A stretch of 64,000 nt of DNA. Source: Treponemataceae bacterium. Its GTDB lineage: Bacteria; Spirochaetota; Spirochaetia; Treponematales; Rectinemataceae. Below, piece after piece: positions 49,787 to 58,123 of this stretch. Position numbers and translations under genes: made by a program. Below the pieces are notes generated by a model. That model searched no databases and was not told the origin of the DNA. It worked only from the letters and a program-made list of their open reading frames with translations. Positions within the stretch are counted from its first letter, which is position 1; each line of letters starts with the position of its first letter. Location: NCBI GenBank assembly GCA_963678065.2, contig CAXXVZ010000004.1, positions 576,001-640,000 on the forward strand. Direction: 5' to 3'.

Positions 49787-50785
49787 CTAAGGCCCGTATT
49801 CGGCGGCCTTGCGCAGGGCGTGCAGATTCTCGTGCGGTGTCCTGCCGATCTGAACCGAGCATCCCGGCCCGAGGACGAATCCTCTCCCGTGGGTCAGGTC
49901 GATGGACCGCCGCGCGGTTTCGATCACGTCCTGCGGAGAGCCATGGACGAGCGTCTTCGCGCTGACTCCGCCTCCCACTGCCCTTCCGCACAGTTCCTGG
50001 CCCTCTTTGTAGTCCGGATTGTTGCCCGCTTCGCAGTCCCAATGCATGAGCCGTACGGGATAGCCCGACAGGGCGCCCAACTGCACACGGTCCTCGCAGA
50101 GGTGGAGCATGTTGCACCACAGCGGCCTGGCCTCTTCCAGGACGCGCAGATCGAAGGGGCGGACCAGGCGGCAGTACTGTTCGGCAGTCAATTTCACATC
50201 GTTGGCCCACTTCGTCGCGAAGTAGATCCCGTCTATCCCCTCGGCCACCAGACGCCGGACGAACAGAGCGAAGGTTTCGGCTATCGCGTCCAGAGCGATT
50301 TCCAGACTCTCGGGATCCTGCTCGATATGACTCTTCAGCAAGGAGGCGTTCCGGTCGACCAATTTCTCCGCCACGTCCAGCGGCGAGAATACGGTCATGA
50401 TAACGGGCACATCGCGGGATACCCTCGCGCGAATCAGCCTCAGGGCATCCACCTGTTCCTGCAGGGCCTCCGACGTGGGAGGAAGGGGACGAATCGAGCG
50501 CCAATCGGCACTCGTGCCGATGGGATGGGACGTGCACACATGGAGCTTGTCGGGATCGTTGGAAGGTTCGTAGGTAAATCCCCACCCTTCCACATGGTAA
50601 CTCGCGCGGGAATGCACCTTCACGAAATCCCAGTCATACTCTTCGAAAAAACCGACCATTGCGTCGGCAAAGGTATCCGCCGAAGTTTCCGAGACGTAGA
50701 AATGTCCCCAGGCGCTGACGGGCACACGGTCGGGGATTTTGCCCGAGAGTGCCGCCTCGAGCCGTTGCATGCGGTTCATTCTCAT
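49787..50785 (-). CDS. Uroporphyrinogen decarboxylase/MtaA-like family protein
   Basis: PDRVPVSAWGHF, TVFSP, MLHLC and FVLGPGCS motifs; ATGA-coupled to the dipeptidase gene. Confidence 0.8.
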   Translation of the reverse strand: MRMNRMQRLEAALSGKIPDRVPVSAWGHFYVSETSADTFADAMVGFFEEYDWDFVKVHSRASYHVEGWGFTYEPSNDPDKLHVCTSHPIGTSADWRSIRPLPPTSEALQEQVDALRLIRARVSRDVPVIMTVFSPLDVAEKLVDRNASLLKSHIEQDPESLEIALDAIAETFALFVRRLVAEGIDGIYFATKWANDVKLTAEQYCRLVRPFDLRVLEEARPLWCNMLHLCEDRVQLGALSGYPVRLMHWDCEAGNNPDYKEGQELCGRAVGGGVSAKTLVHGSPQDVIETARRSIDLTHGRGFVLGPGCSVQIGRTPHENLHALRKAAEYGP

Positions 50786-51774
50786 GCCCCCCATATTTCC
50801 CTAAGGTACCTGAGCCAGTTCTCACCGAGGATCTTGCGGATTTTGGGTTCCGCCCAACCTGCCTTCACCATCGCGTCGACCAGGCGAGGGCGTTCCGATA
50901 GCGGGCCGAGCGGCTTGACGACTTTCTCGCTCCCGAAAGGAGTGAGCACTCTCGCATAGCCCTTGTCGCGGTTGCACCAATCCATGAAGGCGCTCGGGCG
51001 ACCATGTCCCTGCGATGCGTCGGAACCGACACCGACATTGTCCTCTCCCACGAGGGAAATCACATAGTCGAGCGATTCGACGTAATCGACTATCGTCGAA
51101 TCATTGCCCCTTTTCATAGCCGGACCGAACTCGGATAGTCCGATCATGCCGCCGCGCGCTCCTACCGCCTTGATAAGTTCGTCGGACTTGTTGCGCTTGC
51201 CGTCCTTGAGCCCGAGTGGCTGTATGTGCGAGAAGCAGGGCGGCTTCGGAGCGTACGCAATCACCTCGGCCGAGGTCCGCGCTCCGACATGGGAGAGATC
51301 GCAGACGATTCCGAGGCGTGCCATCTCATCCACCACTTCCCGACCGAAACCGGTAAGCCCGGAATCGTTCAGCTCGGTGTAGCCAGCCCCGGAATAGTTC
51401 TGCGTGTTGTAGGTGATCTGCATGATCTTGACCCCGAGGGCGGCGAAGATCTGCAGGTAGTCGATGCGATCCTCGATTCCGGAAGTGTTTTGCCACGACA
51501 GCACGACGGCGGTCTTACCATCGCGCTTGGCGCGACGGATGTCATTTGTCGTGAAAGCCTGGACAATGAGATCGGAGTTCTGCGAGAAAAAGCGATTCCA
51601 CGCCACGATATTGTCGAGCGAGCCCCGTATTCCTTCCCACAGGCCGCATGTGGCCGAAACACCTGTAAAACCGCCCTTTCTCCATTCTCTGAATATTTCG
51701 GGGGACCAGTTGCAGATGTTGAGTCCATCGAAAACTATCGCATCATCGTAAATTCCCGCAGAATCACGCTCCAT
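50782..51774 (-). CDS. Membrane dipeptidase (M19)-family amidohydrolase
   Basis: QITYN, GLTGFGREVV, DLSHVG, RNKSDE and VGVGSD motifs. Confidence 0.85.
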   Translation of the reverse strand: MERDSAGIYDDAIVFDGLNICNWSPEIFREWRKGGFTGVSATCGLWEGIRGSLDNIVAWNRFFSQNSDLIVQAFTTNDIRRAKRDGKTAVVLSWQNTSGIEDRIDYLQIFAALGVKIMQITYNTQNYSGAGYTELNDSGLTGFGREVVDEMARLGIVCDLSHVGARTSAEVIAYAPKPPCFSHIQPLGLKDGKRNKSDELIKAVGARGGMIGLSEFGPAMKRGNDSTIVDYVESLDYVISLVGEDNVGVGSDASQGHGRPSAFMDWCNRDKGYARVLTPFGSEKVVKPLGPLSERPRLVDAMVKAGWAEPKIRKILGENWLRYLREIWGA

Positions 51775-51832
51775 TCTCAGTACCCCTCCATCGTGGATGT
51801 TTCGTAAAATATGATGTCCAAATAGCGCGGCA

Positions 51833-52807
51833 TCATTGGTCTATTGTGATTTTCGCGGCGGTGATGACTTTCTTCCATTTCTCGATTTCAGCGCTGAAGA
51901 AATCGCGCATCTTGCCGCGGGCTGTGGTCATCTCCACGTAGCCGAGCTCGACGATCTTCTTCCTGACCTCCGGCTCCGCCATTGCCTTGTGGATTTCAGC
52001 ATCCAGTTTATCCGCGATCGCCGCAGGCGTACCGGCGGGCGCGAGCACCGTGATCCAGCCTTCAGCCGAGTAGCCGGCTATGCCGGACTCCGCCAGGGTG
52101 GGAACATCGGGGAGGAAGGGCGAGCGCTTCGATGAAGTGACAGCGAGTGCCCTGACCGTTCCGGCCTTGATCTGCGACATTATCGCGGGGATGGTCTCCG
52201 ACATGAAGGCAATCTGCCCTCCCAAAAGACCGGTCAGCGCGGGAGCGGCGCCCTTGTAGGGAATATGCTGGAGGCTGATGCCCGCCATACCGGCAAAGTA
52301 CTCGGCGAAAAGGTGCTGGGTGGAACCTTTCCCGGATGAAGCGAAGGTCACCTGGCCTGGAGACTGTCTGGCGGTCTTGATGAGATCGTTCAAGGTCTTT
52401 ATCGGCGAAGACGCGGGAACGACGAAGACCTGGGCGACTGTCGCTATTCCCGACACGGGCTCGAAATCCTTCAATGTGTCGTATTTGACGATTTCCGGCT
52501 GGAGCGTGGGCGAAATGCTCATCGCGCCGCTGGATCCCATGACGAGAGTATAGCCGTCGGCGGGCTGGGAAGTAGCCAAATAGGTACCGATCGTGCCCGA
52601 GGCTCCCGCCTTGTTATCGATCACGAAAGGCTGCCCGAGCTGTGTCGACAAGCGCTCGCAGATGATCCTGAGCAGGATATCGGCTCCCTGCCCGGGCGGA
52701 TAGGGCATGATGACCTTCACAGCCCGTGTCGGAAAACTCTGGGCCGAAGCCAGTGTGATCGCGCCAACCAACCATACCGCAGTCAGAAGCCGAGTCGTCA
52801 ATTTCAT
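51833..52807 (-). CDS. tctC: Tripartite tricarboxylate transporter substrate-binding protein (Bug family)
   Basis: Signal peptide; PYPPG, DNKAGASG, PADGYTL, HIPYKG and PDVPTLAE motifs. Confidence 0.9.
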   Translation of the reverse strand: MKLTTRLLTAVWLVGAITLASAQSFPTRAVKVIMPYPPGQGADILLRIICERLSTQLGQPFVIDNKAGASGTIGTYLATSQPADGYTLVMGSSGAMSISPTLQPEIVKYDTLKDFEPVSGIATVAQVFVVPASSPIKTLNDLIKTARQSPGQVTFASSGKGSTQHLFAEYFAGMAGISLQHIPYKGAAPALTGLLGGQIAFMSETIPAIMSQIKAGTVRALAVTSSKRSPFLPDVPTLAESGIAGYSAEGWITVLAPAGTPAAIADKLDAEIHKAMAEPEVRKKIVELGYVEMTTARGKMRDFFSAEIEKWKKVITAAKITIDQ

Positions 52808-52881
52808 ACCGATCCTCCTCTTCAAGTTCCATCGCGTGATATAGGTCATGGCCCTGACCGGCCATCTTTTCCGGAAAAAAC

Positions 52882-53640
52882 TCAGCCCTGTTCGCGTACC
52901 GCCTGCTCGAGAACGTGTTTCGCCCTGGCCAGATGCTCGCGCATTTTCTGGGAGGCCGCGGCGCTGTCTTTCGCTTTTATCAAGTCGAAAAGCTCCCGGT
53001 GGTCGCTCACCGCCTGCTCGCTCGTGCGGCTACCTTTCATGAATTGGTTTCTCAGGTAGCGCAGCCAGTCGATCAAATACCTGTTGATATCGACAAGGGC
53101 CATATTGTGGGAAGCCGCTATGACCGCCGAGTGGAAATCCATGGTCGACTCCATGAATCCAGCGCCCGCGTCGTCCTTCCTGCCCATCTCGTCGAGCGCG
53201 GCCTCGATCGTGGCAAGGTCCTCATCAGTTCGCCTCTCGGCCGCGAGGTACACCGCCTGAATCTCTATGCCTTCGCGCACCTCGAACAGATCCAGAAGCG
53301 CGTGATTCGAGTTCATCATCACGACATCGATGTTGTCGATGATGTCATTCGCGGTGATCTTCTTGACGAACACACCCTTGCCATGGACATTCTGCACTAC
53401 TCCTACGAATTCGAGGACTTTCAAGGCTTCGCGGATGGGAACACGGCTGACATCGAATATCTCAGCCAGCTCTCTTTCGGATGGCAGCATATCCCCTTCC
53501 TTGAGCCTTCCTGTCCTTATCCATTCCCGGACCCTGTCGTATATCTGGTTGTACAGAGCGCCACTCTTTTTTATCGCGACCTTATCCAGCGGTCTTGTAT
53601 CGTCTCCAAGCACGCGAGGCCCCCTTAAGCCGGATGTCAC
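52882..53640 (-). CDS. FadR/GntR family transcriptional regulator
   Basis: LPSERELAEIFDVSRVPIREAL HTH and FCD domain; start uncertain. Confidence 0.9.
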   Translation of the reverse strand: MTSGLRGPRVLGDDTRPLDKVAIKKSGALYNQIYDRVREWIRTGRLKEGDMLPSERELAEIFDVSRVPIREALKVLEFVGVVQNVHGKGVFVKKITANDIIDNIDVVMMNSNHALLDLFEVREGIEIQAVYLAAERRTDEDLATIEAALDEMGRKDDAGAGFMESTMDFHSAVIAASHNMALVDINRYLIDWLRYLRNQFMKGSRTSEQAVSDHRELFDLIKAKDSAAASQKMREHLARAKHVLEQAVREQG

Positions 53641-53646
53641 TCATCG

Positions 53647-53680
53647 CAACCAACTGGTATACTGGTATACCAGTTGGTTG
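53647..53680. promoter_or_regulatory. Palindromic FadR-type operator
   Basis: CAACCAACTGGTATA-CTGG-TATACCAGTTGGTTG, perfect 15-bp arms, directly downstream of the promoter. Confidence 0.8.
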
Positions 53681-53686
53681 AAAAGC

Positions 53687-53714
53687 ATTTTACCACAACC
53701 TTCCGGTTTGTCAA
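53687..53714 (-). promoter_or_regulatory. Promoter of the FadR-TTT operon
   Basis: TTGACA-16 nt (ending TGG)-TAAAAT. Confidence 0.65.
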
Positions 53715-53895
53715 CAAAAAAAACGCATAGATATTCAAAAAACATGCAACAATTTCACAGAGAGCACTGCGTGGACCTCGGGACGACTACGTCAATAAAA
53801 AGAAACACTCCGAGATTGACAGTCCCTCCGGTACGGGCAATACTTGCCTCAAAGAAGCCAAACGGGTCCGCGGCGACATTCCAACGGAGTTCACG

Positions 53896-55017
53896 ATGAT
53901 CAGTAAAAGCGATATCAAACGACTAAAGGGCAATCTGCAGGCTGAACGGGAAGCCGTCTATCTCTACCGCAAGCTTTCGGAATCGGAGTCCATCGGACAG
54001 CTGAAAACTGTCTATCTCAAGCTCGCGGAAACAGAGGGAAAGCATGTCGCCGTATGGGAAAACAAACTGCGCGAAGCGGGTGTCGCGCCTGATATCTTTC
54101 GCCCGGGCTTCAAAACCCGCCTCCTGTCCTTCCTCTCCAAAAGGGCGGGCGCCGGGGCCGTCGCGCCTCTGATCGCGGCGATCGAAAAAAACGCGGGGAG
54201 CGAGTACTCCGACCAGCCCGAGGCCGAGGCAGAGGGGATGGGCAGGGAAGAAAAGTCCCACGCCAGGGTCTTCAATTACCTCGCGCGGCAGTCGGGTGGT
54301 GTCGGAGGGCCCGATCTGGCCCGACTGGAGGGTCGACACAAAGCGGGTGGCAATGCCCTGCGCGCGGGCGTTCTCGGAGCCAATGACGGCCTGATCAGCG
54401 TGTTCTCCCTCGTCATGGGAGTCGCCGGCGCCGGCGTGGGCAGCAAGGAGATACTCATAACAGGAGGAGCCGGCCTGCTCGCGGGAGCCCTCTCGATGTC
54501 TCTGGGCGAATGGCTCTCGGTGCAGAACGCGCGTGAACTCTACAAACACCAGCTGAAAATCGAGTCGCGAGAGCTCGAAGAAGCGCCCGAGGAGGAGCGC
54601 GAGGAGCTGAGCCTCATCTATCAGGCCAAGGGTTTCGATCCGGAACACGCACGGAAAATGGCGGACAAGCTGCTGGAGGACAAGACACAGGCTCTCGACA
54701 CTCTTGCCCGGGAAGAGTTGGCGATCGACCCCTCCGAGCTCGGCGGGTCGGCCTGGGAGGCCGCCATCACAAGTTTCATTTTATTCGTCGTCGGAGCTGT
54801 TTTTCCGGTTCTTCCCTACTTTTTCTTTACGGGGATGACAGGAATTGTGGTGAGCGGAATCTCGTCGGCCATCGGACTCTTCATTCTCGGAATTCTCTCC
54901 AGCTTCATGAATGGCGTACACTGGGCTGTCTCGGGAATCCGCCAGGTTCTCTTCGGCGTCGCGGCCGGGCTTGTCACCTTCGGGATCGGTCACATCATCG
55001 GGGTGTCCGTGAACTGA
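53896..55017 (+). CDS. Rubrerythrin-like/VIT1-CCC1 fusion iron exporter
   Basis: N-terminal ExxH helices (EGKH, EKSH), then LRAGVLGANDGL and AGALSMSLGEWLSV. Confidence 0.9.
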   Translation: MISKSDIKRLKGNLQAEREAVYLYRKLSESESIGQLKTVYLKLAETEGKHVAVWENKLREAGVAPDIFRPGFKTRLLSFLSKRAGAGAVAPLIAAIEKNAGSEYSDQPEAEAEGMGREEKSHARVFNYLARQSGGVGGPDLARLEGRHKAGGNALRAGVLGANDGLISVFSLVMGVAGAGVGSKEILITGGAGLLAGALSMSLGEWLSVQNARELYKHQLKIESRELEEAPEEEREELSLIYQAKGFDPEHARKMADKLLEDKTQALDTLAREELAIDPSELGGSAWEAAITSFILFVVGAVFPVLPYFFFTGMTGIVVSGISSAIGLFILGILSSFMNGVHWAVSGIRQVLFGVAAGLVTFGIGHIIGVSVN

Positions 55018-55186
55018 ATCGCCACCCTTCCAGCGGTCGCCGGGTCGCTCGGAAAAGCAGTCCGTAAGGCTTCCGGCGCTTGTTCTCCGCCATTGCGACT
55101 TGGCTGTTGCGATTTAGCTGGCCCTTTCCGTGAAAGCGATCTAGAATTGCTTGTTTTCGCCTCGGAAGGACTGTCAGGAAGGTCAG

Positions 55187-55564
55187 ATGAAACGCGCTTC
55201 GCCACATGACTCGGAGAGAAAGGATCGGGCAGGGCCACTCGTTCTGCTCGCGCTCATAGCCGCCGCCTTCGTACCTTCCCTCTTCATGGAATTCGACGTC
55301 CAGACCTTCAAATCCTTCAGCCGGATGTCTGAGAGACGCATCGCCGCTCCTCTTGGCTCAGTTTATCTGTCCGCATCGGAGGTCCCGGTCTTCCCCGATG
55401 CGGAGACGGAAGCCGCCTTTCAGGTTTCCTCCTCTCCCCAGGATGGGAGCGAAGCCGTATCCCGCTCCGAGGCGCCCAGCCTTCCCGCCCCTCACAGCCC
55501 CACAGTTGCAGCCCTCCTCTGGCCTCCGGGCTCGTTTGCGCCGCGCGCTCCTCCCCTCTCCTAG
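55187..55564 (+). CDS. Putative RAPP-motif ribosome-arrest leader peptide (125 aa) upstream of amtB
   Basis: AGGAAGG RBS; hydrophobic segment LVLLALIAAAFVPSLF; S/E/P-rich linker; ends ...GSFAPRAPPLS*. Confidence 0.65.
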   Translation: MKRASPHDSERKDRAGPLVLLALIAAAFVPSLFMEFDVQTFKSFSRMSERRIAAPLGSVYLSASEVPVFPDAETEAAFQVSSSPQDGSEAVSRSEAPSLPAPHSPTVAALLWPPGSFAPRAPPLS

Positions 55565-55704
55565 CGCTTTCGCCGGCCGCCGCCGCGCGGCCGAAGAGCT
55601 ATTCGCGTCCCACAAGCCACGCCGCAGGCGCACGCGGCGCGGCCTTCCGGGGATGAGTCACCTTCGCATCGGCCATCCCCACTGAAATAAGGAGAAAATC
55701 ACAC

Positions 55705-56949
55705 ATGCCAATCGATACAGGCAGCACAGGCTTCATGCTTTTGGCGACGGCCCTCGTCATGTTCATGACGCCCGGCCTCGCATTCTTTTATGGCGGCCTC
55801 GTGGGCCGCAAGAACGTGCTCACCATCATGTTCCAGAGCTTCATCTCTCTCGGTGTCACGACGGTGATCTGGTTCATCGCGGGCTATTCGATGTGCTTCT
55901 CCGGTTCCCTGGGAAAAGGAGACCTGGGAGGCATAATCGGCAACCTGAATATGGCTTTTTTCAGAGGCGTGGACATCATGGGAGCGAGTCCCATGAATCC
56001 GAGCGTGCCGGTTTTCGTCTTCGTGGCGTACCAGATGATGTTCGCCATCATCACGCCCGCGCTCATAACGGGCGCTTTCGCGAACCGCGTCCGTTTCCCG
56101 GCTTACCTCCTCTTCCTCGTCACCTGGCTCGTCCTCGTCTACTTTCCCCTCGTGCACATGGTCTGGGGTGGCGGAATCCTCGCGGCCTGGGGCGTCAAAG
56201 ACTTCGCCGGCGGCATCGTCGTCCACACTTCCGCGGGCTTCGCCGCCTTCGCAAGCGTGCTCTTTGTCGGCAAGCGAAAGGTCTCGGACAAAGGACTTCA
56301 TTCGCTCCCCCTCGTCGCCCTCGGCACCGCCATCCTCTGGTTCGGCTGGTACGGCTTCAACGCCGGCTCGGAGTTCGGGGTGGATCGCATAACGGCTCTC
56401 GCCTTCCTCAACACGGATATAGCCGCGTCATTCGCGGGGCCGACCTGGCTCCTTCTCGACTGGATATTCACCCGCAAGCCGAGATTCCTCGGTTTCCTCA
56501 CGGGCTCGGTCGCAGGACTTGCCACCATCACGCCCTGCGCGGGCTTCGTGTCCACTCCCTCGGCGGTGATCATCGGCGTGCTGGCCTCCGGCGCCTGCTA
56601 CCTCGCCGTCCACATCAAGAACAAAGCCGGCCTCGATGACGCCCTCGATGTCTTCGGAGTCCACGGCATAGGCGGTTTCCTCGGAACCATCCTCCTCGGC
56701 GTCTTCGGCTCCGCCGCCATGACCATCCCCGGACGGGATCCTGCTCTCCTCGCCTCGGGCCTCGTGGACGGTCGCGCTGACCTTCTCGTCAAGCAGAGCC
56801 TCACGGCTCTGGGCACCGCGGCCTACGCCTTCTGTTTCACCCTCGGCATGCTCTGGCTCATCAACAAAGTGACGAAAGTGCGCGTCTCCGAGAAGGAGGA
56901 GATGGCGGGACTCGACATGGTGGAACACGGCGAGGAGGCATACCTCTGA
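55705..56949 (+). CDS. amtB: Ammonium transporter
   Basis: MTPGLAFFYGG, DFAGGIVVH, WFGWYGFNAGS, DDALDVFGVHG and GLDMVEHGEEAY motifs. Confidence 0.96.
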   Translation: MPIDTGSTGFMLLATALVMFMTPGLAFFYGGLVGRKNVLTIMFQSFISLGVTTVIWFIAGYSMCFSGSLGKGDLGGIIGNLNMAFFRGVDIMGASPMNPSVPVFVFVAYQMMFAIITPALITGAFANRVRFPAYLLFLVTWLVLVYFPLVHMVWGGGILAAWGVKDFAGGIVVHTSAGFAAFASVLFVGKRKVSDKGLHSLPLVALGTAILWFGWYGFNAGSEFGVDRITALAFLNTDIAASFAGPTWLLLDWIFTRKPRFLGFLTGSVAGLATITPCAGFVSTPSAVIIGVLASGACYLAVHIKNKAGLDDALDVFGVHGIGGFLGTILLGVFGSAAMTIPGRDPALLASGLVDGRADLLVKQSLTALGTAAYAFCFTLGMLWLINKVTKVRVSEKEEMAGLDMVEHGEEAYL

Positions 56950-56979
56950 AAGTGAAAACGCTCAGGATTGACGGGCAGT

Positions 56980-57020
56980 AACGAACGAACCTCGGAGCCC
57001 CGCTCCGGGGTTCGTTCGTT
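56980..57020 (+). terminator. Hairpin terminator after amtB
   Basis: AACGAACGAACCTCGGAGC-CCC-GCTCCGGGGTTCGTTCGTT. Confidence 0.65.
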
Positions 57021-57036
57021 CTGTAAGGAATAGATT

Positions 57037-57084
57037 GCATGCGGGTCCATACCCGACAGAGCTTCGGGGTATGGACCCGCATGC
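57037..57084. repeat. Perfect 18-bp inverted repeat after cbiB
   Basis: GCATGCGGGTCCATACCC...GGGTATGGACCCGCATGC. Confidence 0.8.
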
Positions 57085-57109
57085 GAATCGCTCGCCCCCG
57101 GAAAGGTGT

Positions 57110-58123
57110 TCAGCGCCGGATCATCGCCAGCGCGCCAACTCTGAGCGCGGCGCCCAGGACGACGAGGAGAAGAGCCTGGGCGTACATGAGGCGGACGGCA
57201 TTGGCAATCATGGCGGGAGAGGCGGGTTCGGGGCCGTCGCCCATGACAGGGTGATCGATGCGTTCGCCCTTGTAAGAGGCTGGGCCGCCGAGTCGAGTGC
57301 GCAGGGCGCCTGCGAAGACGGCTTCGGGGTGGCCGGAGTTGGGGCTCTCGTGTTTGAGTCTGTCGCGCGCAAGGATGCGCAGTGCAGATCGCGCGTCGAG
57401 CCCGAGGACGAGGGCGCAGGGGACGGTGAGGGCGGCGGCGAGGCGGGCGGGAAGGAAGGTCGCGATGTCGTCGGCGCGGGCGGAGAGGCGGCCGAACAGG
57501 AGGTAGCGCTCGCTCTTGTGCCCGAACATGGAGTCGAGGGTGTTGGCGGCGCGGTAGGCGAAGGCGGCCCAGGGGCCGAGGAGGAGTGCCCAGAAGAGGG
57601 GAGCCGAGACGCCATCCACGGAACTCTCGGCGACGCTCTCCACGCAGGCGCGGGCGACGGCGCTTTCGTCCAGCCTGTCGGTGTCCCTGCCGACCACCAT
57701 CGAGACGGCGCGCCGGGCCGCGCCGAGATCGCCCGCGAGGAGGGCGCGGCGGACGCGCATGGCGTGGAGCGAGAGGTCTCGCGGGGCGATGGAGGCCCAG
57801 ACGAAGAGTGCGTCGAGTGCGACGCCGAGGGCGGGATGGACACGAAAGGCCGCGAGCGGAAGGAGGATGGCCGCGGCCGCGGATGCTCCCACGACGGCGA
57901 GCCAGGCGAGGACGCCGGCTGCGCGGGGCTCGAGGCGCGGCCGGAGAATCGTTTCGGCCTGGGTGGCGAGATCCCCGAGGAGCCTCACCGGATGGAGGGA
58001 GAAGACAGGGTCGCCCGCGATGCAGTCTGCGGCGATTCCGAAGAGGATCGCGAGGGTGGCAGGGTCCGAGGCGATGGCGGAGGTCAAGACAGTGAGGGCG
58101 GACGCAAGGCCGGCAGGCTGCAT
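57110..58123 (-). CDS. cbiB: Adenosylcobinamide-phosphate synthase
   Basis: HPVRLLG, VGRDT, ESVAESSVDG, NTLDSMFG and HESPNSGHPEA motifs. Confidence 0.93.
   Translation of the reverse strand: MQPAGLASALTVLTSAIASDPATLAILFGIAADCIAGDPVFSLHPVRLLGDLATQAETILRPRLEPRAAGVLAWLAVVGASAAAAILLPLAAFRVHPALGVALDALFVWASIAPRDLSLHAMRVRRALLAGDLGAARRAVSMVVGRDTDRLDESAVARACVESVAESSVDGVSAPLFWALLLGPWAAFAYRAANTLDSMFGHKSERYLLFGRLSARADDIATFLPARLAAALTVPCALVLGLDARSALRILARDRLKHESPNSGHPEAVFAGALRTRLGGPASYKGERIDHPVMGDGPEPASPAMIANAVRLMYAQALLLVVLGAALRVGALAMIRR

Noticed and set aside
55090..55160. Sigma54 promoter for the uORF-amtB unit
   Set aside because: The TGGC motifs there lack a GC at the required -12 spacing.
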